Positions 28,586 to 37,998 of a DNA stretch of 64,000 nt are shown piece by piece. The DNA lies in NCBI GenBank assembly GCA_963769935.1, contig CAVYNY010000022.1, positions 384,001-448,000 of the forward strand, read 5' to 3'. A model generated the notes under the pieces. It did no database searches, was not told the origin of the DNA, and saw nothing but the letters and a program-made list of their open reading frames with translations. The DNA is from an uncultured delta proteobacterium (lineage in GTDB: Bacteria > Desulfobacterota > Desulfobacteria > Desulfobacterales > JAFDCJ01). How positions within the stretch are numbered: the first letter of the stretch is position 1; every line of letters begins with the position of its first letter. A program made the position numbers and the translations under genes.

Positions 28586-30916
28586 TCAGGGCTGCCCTGT
28601 GAATTCAAAACTTAATTTGGTCTGCAGGTTTTCAATGCGGATAAATATTTCTTTGAGCAGTTTTTGCTCGATACCCGAGAGCTCTTTGGGATTAATATAA
28701 TTATCCGGTGCGGCATCTTCATCGAGGACCGCGGTCACCTGCCGGAGGAGGCGCATTTGCATCAGGACACTGTAGGCCTGCTCGATTTCGCGATAATCCT
28801 CGGCGGGAATGATGTCTTTTAAAGACAACTGATAAAGCCGCTCCAGCGTATTGGTCTCTTCCAGATTGTTTTTCAGAGCATATATCCGCGCATAATCGAC
28901 AATCGGCATCATGGCCCTTTTGATATCGAACTTGTTGCGGTGCTCCCCTTTGGATTCCACTACAAAGTTGCGGAAAAAGCCGATGGGCGCTTTAAAATGC
29001 AGCGCATTTTCAGTCAGATTGCGAAAGAACCCGGACCAGCCCACAAGGGATTTAAACAGATCATCGCGCAGCTCGCGGATAAGCCCCATATCACCATAGG
29101 CCCCCCTGAAATCAAAAAATATGCTGGAATAAAGCAGGTCTTCCGGGTTGGCGCTGTGAATCCAGTTTGAAAAATATTCTTTCCAGACCGTCAGCGGCTG
29201 GCACAATTTGGGATTTTTAGCCATGATGTTGCCTTCGCAGAAGGCATAACCGGCCTGATCCAGCCAGGTACAGACTTTATCGGCGAACCTTAAAAAATAG
29301 GCTTTAACGGATGCTTCCGAATCCGGCGGAACATCTTCAAAAACTATGGCATTATCCTGATCGGTCTTTAAGGTTTGCTCTTTGCGCCCTTCACTTCCCA
29401 AAATCATGAAAACAAATTTGGCCGGCGGGGGACCCAATTCCTCGAGGGTGAACTCGATGAGCTTTCTTAAAATCGCTTCGGAGATCGTCGTAATGAAGCG
29501 GTTTATGTTTTTTGCCGGCGCTCCCGCGTTAATGAGATTTTGAATTAAGCGCGGCAAGCGCTTATGCTGGTGCACGATGCCTTCGGGTCCGGTTGCGGAC
29601 GAAATTTCACGGATCAGAAACACAGGTGATTGCCCCTGGGCCATCAATAAATCCTGGTTGGTCAGAACGCCCACTACCTTGTTGTTTGAATCCGTGACGC
29701 CGATGTGCTTGATATTTTGTTGCATCATGGCCATCAGAGCTTCAAAAATCAAAGCATTTTCCGGAATGGTTTTCAGGGGTGAAGACATGATTTCCGCCAC
29801 CGGACGGCTGGCATCGTATCCTTTGGCGATAACCTTGGTGCGCAAATCATTGTCGGTGGCAACACCGATAATGTCTCCCCCGGCCTCCCGGATAAAAATG
29901 GAGCTGTGACACCGGCGGCTCATCAGTTCCGCTGCGTTCTGAATGGAGACATCCTTGTCACAGGCCGTGAGATTCTTGCTGCAGATACTCGCAACCGGTT
30001 GATTGAATAACTGCAGATTCTCGACGCGTTGCGGAAGACTTTTGGCGATGATGGCGGCATAATACCGGTCCATCATGCGCTTACCGAAAGTATCCGTAAA
30101 GAAGTCGGCAAAGGCCTCATGCTGTTTGCAGGTTTCGAAAAAAACATCCTGAGGCACCTTGTAGAAATAGGTATCTTCCGTCGTCCGCAGGGTGCGAACG
30201 GCAATCAGGTCGTTGAGCAGCATTGAAATGCCGCCGAAAGTTTCCCCTTCCCCGAGCACGCCCCGGAGATTTTTTTGATTGTCGTCTTCAAAATAGCGTT
30301 CGGCCGCACCTTTCTGAAGGATATACAGGCCGTCTACTCTGGACTCACCCTGCACAAAGACAACCGTATCTTTGCGGTGATGAATCGTCGAAATTTGAGA
30401 GGCGAAATTGGGCAGCTCTTCCGGGGGCAAAAACGAAAAGGGCGCAATCCCCGACAAGAAGTGAAGGATCTGGGAGGCGGCAATTACCGCCGCATAGGAT
30501 TCATCCGCCATATGCGCTCCAAAGGCATCCGCGAAATAGTCGTAAAACCATCGATGCCGCCGGCAAACTTTGAGAAAATGCTTTTTAGTCAACTCATAAA
30601 AGGAGGCATCTTCTTCTACGCTCACACTCCGGATGGAAAGTCCCGAATTCATTAAAATAGACATGCCGCCGAAAATATCGCCGGTCTTCAGCAAACCACG
30701 GAGCATTTTCCGGCCCTGGCTTTCAAAATAAAGCTCCAGTGTACCGGAGGTGATAATCAATATTTTTTCCAGTGTCGTTTGCCCCTGCACAGCCAAAACG
30801 GTTCCCTTGTGATATCGGATCACCGACATCTGCGAGACGGCTTGTTGCAGTTCATCTTGCGGCAGGCGAGAAAAAGGCTCAATCTTTGATATGAATTCCA
30901 ACGCCTGATTGTCCAT
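28586..30916 (-). CDS. 2x cNMP-binding, CBS pair, DUF294 nucleotidyltransferase-like protein
   Basis: Two G(D/E)xFGG cNMP repeats, CBS (GVATDNDL, IMSSP), GSEGRKEQTLKTDQDN, FFDFR. Confidence 0.9.
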   Translation of the reverse strand: MDNQALEFISKIEPFSRLPQDELQQAVSQMSVIRYHKGTVLAVQGQTTLEKILIITSGTLELYFESQGRKMLRGLLKTGDIFGGMSILMNSGLSIRSVSVEEDASFYELTKKHFLKVCRRHRWFYDYFADAFGAHMADESYAAVIAASQILHFLSGIAPFSFLPPEELPNFASQISTIHHRKDTVVFVQGESRVDGLYILQKGAAERYFEDDNQKNLRGVLGEGETFGGISMLLNDLIAVRTLRTTEDTYFYKVPQDVFFETCKQHEAFADFFTDTFGKRMMDRYYAAIIAKSLPQRVENLQLFNQPVASICSKNLTACDKDVSIQNAAELMSRRCHSSIFIREAGGDIIGVATDNDLRTKVIAKGYDASRPVAEIMSSPLKTIPENALIFEALMAMMQQNIKHIGVTDSNNKVVGVLTNQDLLMAQGQSPVFLIREISSATGPEGIVHQHKRLPRLIQNLINAGAPAKNINRFITTISEAILRKLIEFTLEELGPPPAKFVFMILGSEGRKEQTLKTDQDNAIVFEDVPPDSEASVKAYFLRFADKVCTWLDQAGYAFCEGNIMAKNPKLCQPLTVWKEYFSNWIHSANPEDLLYSSIFFDFRGAYGDMGLIRELRDDLFKSLVGWSGFFRNLTENALHFKAPIGFFRNFVVESKGEHRNKFDIKRAMMPIVDYARIYALKNNLEETNTLERLYQLSLKDIIPAEDYREIEQAYSVLMQMRLLRQVTAVLDEDAAPDNYINPKELSGIEQKLLKEIFIRIENLQTKLSFEFTGQP

Positions 30917-31004
30917 GGCACTCCTTGCCGGAATGGCAATAGGGGCGATTCATTGGTTTGCTCCAGGCCTCCTGGTGGTGAATAGCATAATTGTGTCCCC
31001 ACAC

Positions 31005-31117
31005 CAGCAGGAACTGGAAAAAGCCGGCGCTGAATTGAAAATCGCCAACGAACGGCTGAAGGAATTGGATCGTTTAAAAGAGGGAATTATCTCAACCGTC
31101 ACCCATGAATTGCGACC
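31005..31117 (+). pseudogene. Histidine kinase H-box fragment
   Basis: ELKIANERLKELDRLKEGIISTVTHELR with no flanking domains. Confidence 0.65.
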
Positions 31118-31230
31118 GTCGGCCGCAGCGTGCGTTTTATCGCCGGCTGACTGCATTGAAGGCACCTTGCGCGTGTCGCAGGCTTCGGCGGAGTATCAGG
31201 CTTTGCGGGATTTCGCGCAGCCGATGGCTT

Positions 31231-31393
31231 CTAAGGGCTCACTCAAAATAACTTCACATTTTATCCGCCGCTGCATCCCGTCTGGCTGCGTTGCGAAAGC
31301 TCGGAATATCCGGATATTCCTGTGTTTTCGCGCCTTGCCAAACGGGCGCCTCAACGCCTAAAATTGTGAACTTATTTTTTCGTGTACTCTAAG
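31231..31393. mobile_element. MITE-like element (~160 bp)
   Basis: Imperfect terminal inverted repeats (AAAATAACTTCACATTT / AATTGTGAACTTATTTT) and a central perfect palindrome GGAATATCCGGATATTCC. Confidence 0.6.
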
Positions 31394-31426
31394 ACAGTTT
31401 GCTTTTCCTTGAGGGTCGCAGGGTCA

Positions 31427-31624
31427 TCAAATGATTCGGTTAGGCTCGCGGGTCACGCCGGCTTCAAGAACCATAAATCCAAAGGATGCCGACACAATCA
31501 CGTTGGGTTTCGCATCTTCGATCCGGACCGTCCGCTCACACGAGGCAAAACTACTGAAGACCATGGAGTGCCCGTCGCCGATTCGCGCACACGCCAGCAG
31601 GGCAATCACGGCCGCGGGAATCAT
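31427..31624 (-). pseudogene. Internal fragment of an acetyl/propionyl-CoA synthetase
   Basis: MIPAAVIALLACARIGDGHSMVFSSFAS...RIEDAKP matches the MLACARIGAIHSVVFGGF motif. Confidence 0.75.
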
Positions 31625-31693
31625 CGAAAGACAGAGACGGCAAAGCCGGAGGATTTGGTGCTCCTCCGGCCCTTAGCGGATCGCTGTATTGCT

Positions 31694-31780
31694 TTACCCC
31701 CACCAACCCCATCCAAAGGAGGCCGTAAACAAAATACTAAAAATAACAAGTCCTATCATCCACCAATCTTCTTTTTTCAT
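31694..31780 (-). CDS. 28-aa single-TM peptide MKKEDWWMIGLVIFSILFTASFGWGWWG
   Basis: AAGGAG RBS, 30 nt after the symporter stop, followed by hairpin GCCGGAGGA...TCCTCCGGC (31645-31670). Confidence 0.7.
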   Translation of the reverse strand: MKKEDWWMIGLVIFSILFTASFGWGWWG

Positions 31781-31810
31781 GGTCTGATCTCCTTATTTCT
31801 GTCGGCAGGA

Positions 31811-33601
31811 TTAAGCTTCTTTGACAACGATCATCGTCTCTTTTTCGGCCCGTTCGATCTGCACCTCGTTGGTGGTCGCCATTTCGGCTTTAAAGCACAG
31901 GGCCCACATCATGATGATGCCCAAAATCCACCAGACGATCTGCCAGGACCACAACGGCGGAAATCCGGCAAACGAAAACGCCTTGTTGCCGATGATGCAG
32001 GCCGGTCCGATGGCAAAGAAATACCAGATAGGCACCACCCAAACCATGGCTTTGCGCCAGGCCTGTCCGGATGGACTGGGCGCGTCGATGTCATCCAGAA
32101 AGGCGCGCACCTCGTTTTGGCGCGTGACGGTTTCCTCCCTGTCTTTGACACCGAGTCCGCGGCATGCGTAAGCGACCCCCAGCCCGGCAAAGACGCCCCA
32201 GAATGCACTGTGCATGGACAGCGGGTTGGGCCAGACATAGTAGGTCAGAAAGACGGCAAGCATCCCGGCGAAAACCCCCAGGGAGGCCCCGACGCTCGGA
32301 AACCGGAAGCCCCAGTGGACGCCCATCAGGTACACGTACATCACAAATCCGAAGGCGGTGGCCAGCGCCCCCAGAATAACCAGAGCCGCATGGGAGGTCA
32401 ATCCGACCGCCAGGGCCGCAATGGTCACCACGGTGGCCAGCACGCGGTTCATCCAGATCTGCTCCGAGTGGCTGGCCTTCTGGTTGCGGATGTAGCGCCA
32501 GTAGACGTCGCGCAGCAGGATAGAGCCGCCGGTGTTGATATAGGGGGCGGCCGTGGAGTGGATCGCTGCGATGGCTCCGAGGAAAACGATTCCCAGCACA
32601 AAGGGCGGCAGGTAGTGTGTCATCAGCAGGGGGACCACATCGCTATCCTTGGTGAATTCCAATACTCCCTGAACCTGCAGGATCCTGGCACCCATGCCCT
32701 GAAAAGCGGTGAAGAAAAACAGGGCGAAGCCGACGACGAAGGTGGACATAAAGGCCTGCTGCCAGGCAAGGGGTTTGGGGCTTTTGATACCGAAATTCCA
32801 CATGGTAAAAGCCGGCGAAGACTGAATTCCCATCAGGGCGAACATGTAGGTCAGAATCATGACGCCGGTCCAGGCGGTTTCCCCTTTGGCGCCACCGAGA
32901 CCGAAATGGATCACCCGCGGGACATCCAGATATTTTGCAGGCAGCTGAGCCATATGCTGGGAAAAGGCCGTCCAGCCGCCGATCGCATCGGAGGTAATAA
33001 CATAATATCCCAGCAGAATGATTCCACCGACCAGCAGAATAAACTGCAGCACGCCGACCCAGACGCTGGCCTTCATACCGCCGGAGCACACATAAAACCA
33101 GCAAATAAAGGCCATAAAAATCGCGCCGAACGTCACCGGTACGCCTGCAACCCAGTGAAAAAGGGCCGCCGACGCCATGAGCTGAACGGCGGAATAAAAC
33201 ATGGAATACAGAAAAGCAGTGAACACCGTCAGCCAGCGTGCAGCTTCGGAGTTGTAATAATAGGCAAACATGTCACCGGGGGTAATAAACCCATAGCGTT
33301 TGCCTAAAAGCCAGTTGCGCTTGGCAAAGAACGCGCCGGTGATCGGGATGGTGAGGACATAAAACGAGGCAAAAGCATAGGCCAATCCATCCCGCCAGAT
33401 TAAGCCCGGATGACCGATAAACGTCCAGCCTGAAAACGAGGCGGCCGTGGCGGCCATTAAAAAGGCGATAAATGGAATCGATCGGCCGGCAATGGCATAG
33501 CCCGCCGAGGTTTTCTCGGAGAAATAGCCTTTCAATCCCCAGTAAAAGCAGTAAATAATGTAGATACCCAGCATTATGTAAACCCACGTGGTTCCGCTCA
33601 T
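31811..33601 (-). CDS. Sodium:solute symporter family transporter
   Basis: YAIAGRS, SFSGWTFIGHPG, GGMKA..W, AAIHST; many TM helices. Confidence 0.93.
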   Translation of the reverse strand: MSGTTWVYIMLGIYIIYCFYWGLKGYFSEKTSAGYAIAGRSIPFIAFLMAATAASFSGWTFIGHPGLIWRDGLAYAFASFYVLTIPITGAFFAKRNWLLGKRYGFITPGDMFAYYYNSEAARWLTVFTAFLYSMFYSAVQLMASAALFHWVAGVPVTFGAIFMAFICWFYVCSGGMKASVWVGVLQFILLVGGIILLGYYVITSDAIGGWTAFSQHMAQLPAKYLDVPRVIHFGLGGAKGETAWTGVMILTYMFALMGIQSSPAFTMWNFGIKSPKPLAWQQAFMSTFVVGFALFFFTAFQGMGARILQVQGVLEFTKDSDVVPLLMTHYLPPFVLGIVFLGAIAAIHSTAAPYINTGGSILLRDVYWRYIRNQKASHSEQIWMNRVLATVVTIAALAVGLTSHAALVILGALATAFGFVMYVYLMGVHWGFRFPSVGASLGVFAGMLAVFLTYYVWPNPLSMHSAFWGVFAGLGVAYACRGLGVKDREETVTRQNEVRAFLDDIDAPSPSGQAWRKAMVWVVPIWYFFAIGPACIIGNKAFSFAGFPPLWSWQIVWWILGIIMMWALCFKAEMATTNEVQIERAEKETMIVVKEA

Positions 33602-33793
33602 TGCTCCTCCTCCTGTACAAGGGTCAAAACTTTTGACCGGCTAAAGTAAAGGTTCCATCTCTTAGATCAACATTCATCCGGTATGATCATCACCTCCCTT
33701 CAATAATCTGCTGTCCGACGAAAAAGTCGGTTTCAATATAGAAAAACATGTTGCAGGCCGCCGCAACGTGATCCGGCCGTCCATTGGGATGCA

Positions 33794-34100
33794 TCACTTC
33801 TCCATTGTGCGGATTTCATCGACAATCCCGGGATTTGCCGGGGTGGTGACATCCCCCACATTTTTTTGGTTGGAAATAGCGGCCAGCACCCGACGCATGA
33901 TTTTGTCGGAACGCGTCTTGGGCATATTCCATGAAACAGTTGGGAAAGTTTTCCAGACCGAAACGATCAATGATTTTCGGATCGACCATATTGGCCTGCG
34001 CAACAAATTGGGGTGAAGAATAATAGTAATCTTCTTCACCCCAGTGAATTGCAATCTCAGCTTCCGATGTTTCAATGGCCTCTTTTTCTATGTCCCTCAT
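33794..34100 (-). pseudogene. acs: Acetyl-CoA synthetase with a large internal deletion
   Basis: Acs-like N-terminus (IAIHWGEE...FVAQAN) joined out of frame to the C-terminal PKTRSDKIMRRVL...GDVTT.ANP. Confidence 0.8.
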
Positions 34101-34778
34101 GGATCGCGCTCCTTAAAGATAGTGGCTCACCTGTTGATTTGGATTGCTTCCGTCTTTTACCTGCTGATTGGTTGTCTTTATCCCCCTTTTTGCATGAAAC
34201 TTGTCGCAGTGATAATTTGGATATTAGGATTTTGCGTCTTCGGCCGGATCATCGATCTCCGTGAAGAACATCCGGACAAGAAACTGATGAGAGGTCTCTA
34301 TCAACAAAAACCTTACTGGCGGCAACCATGATTTGCTGCCGTCTTCTTTCACAATCAGGTTCTCTTCCGACATTGAATTATCGTTTATTTAATGAATCAT
34401 ATTCACGCCCTCTAGATTTATATAATTTTTTGTCTTTATTTTGTCAAGCAAAAAAAAATATTTTTCCCCCAATTTTCCGATTTGGACCCGGATATTTAAA
34501 AACTTCGTCTGTGCAAATATTAATTTTATAAAAAAGATCTTGAAATTATTGAGACCTTTCATCTATATAGGTGTTGTAAAAAATGGCGGTGGCCGCACAC
34601 CCATAAGCCGTCATTTTTAGCAGGCAACGTCGGCCGGCGCTTTTGTGGTTGATTAATTGAATATGTCTTATAAAAGGCTTGGTTTCTTTTTTAATTCGTC
34701 AGGCGGATCGACTTTGGAATTTCAAGTCTCCGGTCTCTCCGGATCAGGCAGGACATGCGATAATGGGAAAAGGACCTC

Positions 34779-35183
34779 ATGCCCAAAAAGATTAGACCAG
34801 CTGCGGTTAAATACGGCATCATATTTTTAATTTGCGGGTGGTTGTGTCATTATGCCTTTTATTTCACGAACTTTGCCGAGGAAATGCCCTCAAAAATAAC
34901 CTTACTCCAGCTGGGCGTCGGTATCGGCATCTGCTATTTCGTCGCCACACTAAAGCGATGGGCTCGTATGATGTGCCTTTTTTTTAATATAGGCATCATC
35001 GCACTGTATGTACTTTACTGCCTGGCATTTTACCAAAGCAGCAAATATAACCCTATGATACTGACCGGTTTGACCGCAATTCTCTTTTCAATCTCCACTT
35101 ATTATCTCTTGAAAAAAGAAACTGCACAGTTTTTTGCCGCTGCTGATCCGGGCGTCGGCCGGCAAGAAACCCCAGACAAATAA
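34779..35183 (+). CDS. Hypothetical 4-TM membrane protein
   Basis: AAGGA RBS, four hydrophobic segments. Confidence 0.75.
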   Translation: MPKKIRPAAVKYGIIFLICGWLCHYAFYFTNFAEEMPSKITLLQLGVGIGICYFVATLKRWARMMCLFFNIGIIALYVLYCLAFYQSSKYNPMILTGLTAILFSISTYYLLKKETAQFFAAADPGVGRQETPDK

Positions 35184-35235
35184 AAGGCTTCTAAAACCGG
35201 TCATCCATCATAGTTATGGCAAGAAGGGAAAACCT

Positions 35236-35463
35236 ATGCGTCTGCCGCCCAAAGATGTGGTCTGCAAATGCGGTCATGTCTCTGCTCTGGAAACCAAGAA
35301 GCTTCTGTGCATCAAATGCGGGAAGTATGTATTTTATGATTCGCAAGAAAAACGGAGGCACCACGCAAAAACGATCTATGCGATCGTCATGCTTGCGCTG
35401 GGATTGGGTTTTATTACCTACCTTTTCATCGAAATGATCGTCTCGCCGCTGCTCGGGAAATAA
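35236..35463 (+). CDS. Small Zn-ribbon protein with C-terminal TM helix
   Basis: CKCGH...CIKCG then one hydrophobic helix; AAGGG RBS. Confidence 0.7.
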   Translation: MRLPPKDVVCKCGHVSALETKKLLCIKCGKYVFYDSQEKRRHHAKTIYAIVMLALGLGFITYLFIEMIVSPLLGK

Positions 35464-35685
35464 CCAAAAGCCGACGCCTTTCGCCTTCAAACTGGGCACC
35501 GCAAAAAGAGGGGATTAGTAAGTCATATTCAGCGCCGCCCAGCCCACTGTTTTCAGTCTATCTCCGCCACAATGGCAGACAGAGCTGACATTTTTGTCGG
35601 CCCTGAATAGTCCGTAAGCCGCCAGACAACATCGCGCTGCGCCATCTCTTCTTTTATAGCATAGCAGTTCGGGGGGCGCGTGAAA

Positions 35686-36348
35686 TTATGTCTGGGCGGT
35701 CAATACCATCGAGACCCGGCGGTTGGCGGCATCGTCGGATGAAACCGGACAACACTCGCCCATACCGATTGCCGTCATCCTTGCTTGATCGACCCCCTTC
35801 TGAACCAGGGCGTTGCGGACGGCATTGGCACGACGTTCAGAAAGTTGCTGGTTGTATTGTTCGCTGCCTTTTTGATCCGTGTAGCCTTCGATGCGAATGT
35901 TCGTCTGTGGGTATTGATTGAGAACGTTGGCAACTCTATCCAGTTCCGAATTCGCCCCGGGCTTGAGGGTGGCCGAATTGAAATCAAAGAATACATCGCT
36001 TTTGAAGGTAGCCGTCAGCATCTTTTCATTGTTGCGCTCGATGGTGGCGTTGTTCTGGGCCACCGTGGACGCCATCGCGTCCCTTAGAGCCGCCTCCTGC
36101 TTGTCCATGTATGCACCGATGCGGTTGCCGACCAAACCGCCGAGGAGTGCTCCTGCCGCCGCCCCAATTACAACCTTTTGTGTTTGATTGTGCTTACCGG
36201 TTGCGGCTCCGACCACGCCACCCAAGACCGCACCGGTCGCAGTCCCCGCTGCGGTTCCGGTGCGCTCCTTTTCACCCATTGATGCACACCCGAAGGCAAC
36301 CAAGATACTCAACAAAACCGAAGTTCTCAAAAGTTTTTTCATTTTCAT
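35686..36348 (-). CDS. OmpA-family lipoprotein with glycine zipper
   Basis: Lipobox AFGC, Gly zipper, EGYTD, NQQLSERRA, NRRV. Confidence 0.93.
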   Translation of the reverse strand: MKMKKLLRTSVLLSILVAFGCASMGEKERTGTAAGTATGAVLGGVVGAATGKHNQTQKVVIGAAAGALLGGLVGNRIGAYMDKQEAALRDAMASTVAQNNATIERNNEKMLTATFKSDVFFDFNSATLKPGANSELDRVANVLNQYPQTNIRIEGYTDQKGSEQYNQQLSERRANAVRNALVQKGVDQARMTAIGMGECCPVSSDDAANRRVSMVLTAQT

Positions 36349-36660
36349 GTTTCCAACCTCCTGTTTAATACAAAGATAGGAAATTATTTTTTAACTTTTT
36401 AGTATGGCAGCGCCGGGATTGTGTGTCAAGCTCAAAAGCGGCCCCGTATGTTGGGCTGAAATAGCGGAATTTGGCAACAAAGAAGGGTGAAGATTCAAAT
36501 GGGCCTAGAGTGCGATAACCTAAATCGATGCTATGTAATCTTCAAAGACCCGGAAGCATCAAAAAAGGTCCACTTTGAGGCTCATATTTCAGCCCAACGG
36601 CAGATTGACAAAGCTACCGATATCACTATCTTATAGGGCAGTTTAACCTTGAAGAAATGA

Positions 36661-36738
36661 ATTCCAGGGGTTCTCTGGCGGCAAACACACCCCTCTATGG
36701 TAAAGTCAAAGCCTGGTCCCCGGGGCCGGGATTCTTTA
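36661..36738. repeat. Dispersed repeat family copy 1 (others at 43616-43726 and 62265-62376)
   Basis: ATTCCA.GGGTT.TCT.GCGG...CCCTCT...AAGTCAA.GCCTG + hairpin, shared by three loci. Confidence 0.8.
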
Positions 36739-36797
36739 GTTGAGGGGCGCCATTATTTGCCTGCATTCATGGTACGTTGCAGCAATCTGGTGGGGAT

Positions 36798-37928
36798 ATG
36801 ACCAAGCGAATAATCTTTGCCGTTCTCGGCGTGCTTGTTATGATCGGCATCCTGGGCAGCATCAAAGGCCTGCAGATCAACCGGATGATCGCAGTCGGAA
36901 GCCAGTCGGTACCGCCTCCTGAGACGGTGACCACCGCCGTGGTGCGAACAGAAGCCTGGGAGTCGCTGATTACATCCGTGGGGTCCCTCGAAGCAGTCCA
37001 AGGAGTGATGCTGACGGCCGAGCTGACCGGCAAGGTCGTACGCATCGCCTTTGACCCGGGTACGAAGGTGAAGGCCGGTGATCTCCTGCTGCAGCAGGAT
37101 GTCTCTTCGGAGGAGGCCCAGCTGCGTGCAGCGGAGGCTACGCTTGCGCTCGCAAAGCTGGAACTCGAACGCTCAAGCAAACTGCTGGCCACTAAAGCCG
37201 TCGCAAAGGCCAAATACGATTCCGACAATGCTCAGTACAAGCAGGCCGCGGCCCAGATCGACGGCATCCGGGCAACTATCATGAAAAAAACCATTCGAGC
37301 ACCCTTTGCCGGCAGACTTGGTATTCGGCTGGTCAATCTGGGTCAAATTCTCAATGAAGGGGAGCCGATCGTTTCGCTCCAGAAGATCGATCCTATTTTC
37401 GTCAATTTCTTTATTCCGCAGCAGCAGCTTGCCCAGGTCAAACCGGGTCTCAAAGTTCGGGTGACAACCGATGCGTTGCCCGGCCAGGCGATCGAGGGCG
37501 AAATCACGGCGATCAACCCTGAAGTCGATGTTGCAACACGAAATATCCGGGTTCAGGCAACGTTTGCAAACAATCAGGAGCGCCTGCGTCCCGGCATGTT
37601 CGTGAACGTAGCCGTGGTGTTACCCTCCCGGGAGGAGGTGCTCGTCATCCCGACCACGTCCGTGCTTTATGCACCTTACGGCGATACGGTATTTGTCGTT
37701 CATGAAAAGGAAAGTAAAAAGGGCATTCAGTCTGAAAAAGTCGTGCGACAGAAGATCGTGCAACTCGGGGAGAAACGGGGCGATTTCGTCGCCATCGTCT
37801 CCGGGCTGGACCCAGGTGAGACGGTCGTGTCCACCGGGGTTTTTAAATTGCGCAACGACCAGGCCATCGTCGTTGACAACACCCTGGCGCCTGTATTCAA
37901 GCTTGCGCCCAATCCGGAGGACAGCTGA
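36798..37928 (+). CDS. RND efflux periplasmic adaptor subunit
   Basis: IRAPFAGRLG, LRPGMF, N-terminal anchor; upstream of the RND permease. Confidence 0.95.
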   Translation: MTKRIIFAVLGVLVMIGILGSIKGLQINRMIAVGSQSVPPPETVTTAVVRTEAWESLITSVGSLEAVQGVMLTAELTGKVVRIAFDPGTKVKAGDLLLQQDVSSEEAQLRAAEATLALAKLELERSSKLLATKAVAKAKYDSDNAQYKQAAAQIDGIRATIMKKTIRAPFAGRLGIRLVNLGQILNEGEPIVSLQKIDPIFVNFFIPQQQLAQVKPGLKVRVTTDALPGQAIEGEITAINPEVDVATRNIRVQATFANNQERLRPGMFVNVAVVLPSREEVLVIPTTSVLYAPYGDTVFVVHEKESKKGIQSEKVVRQKIVQLGEKRGDFVAIVSGLDPGETVVSTGVFKLRNDQAIVVDNTLAPVFKLAPNPEDS

Positions 37929-37998
37929 CTTGAGTGCCACAGATCCTGCGGAAGATACGGCATCATTGCTCTAAAGTTCGTCCGGGCGCTTTCGCACC

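Noticed and set aside
30909..31361. Intact 150-aa histidine kinase
   Set aside because: Only about 35 aa match an H-box; the rest reads through unrelated sequence and the MITE-like element
31382..33307. 641-aa plus-strand ORF
   Set aside because: Antisense shadow of the symporter with no recognisable motifs; the same applies to 21097..22086 and 12749..13612
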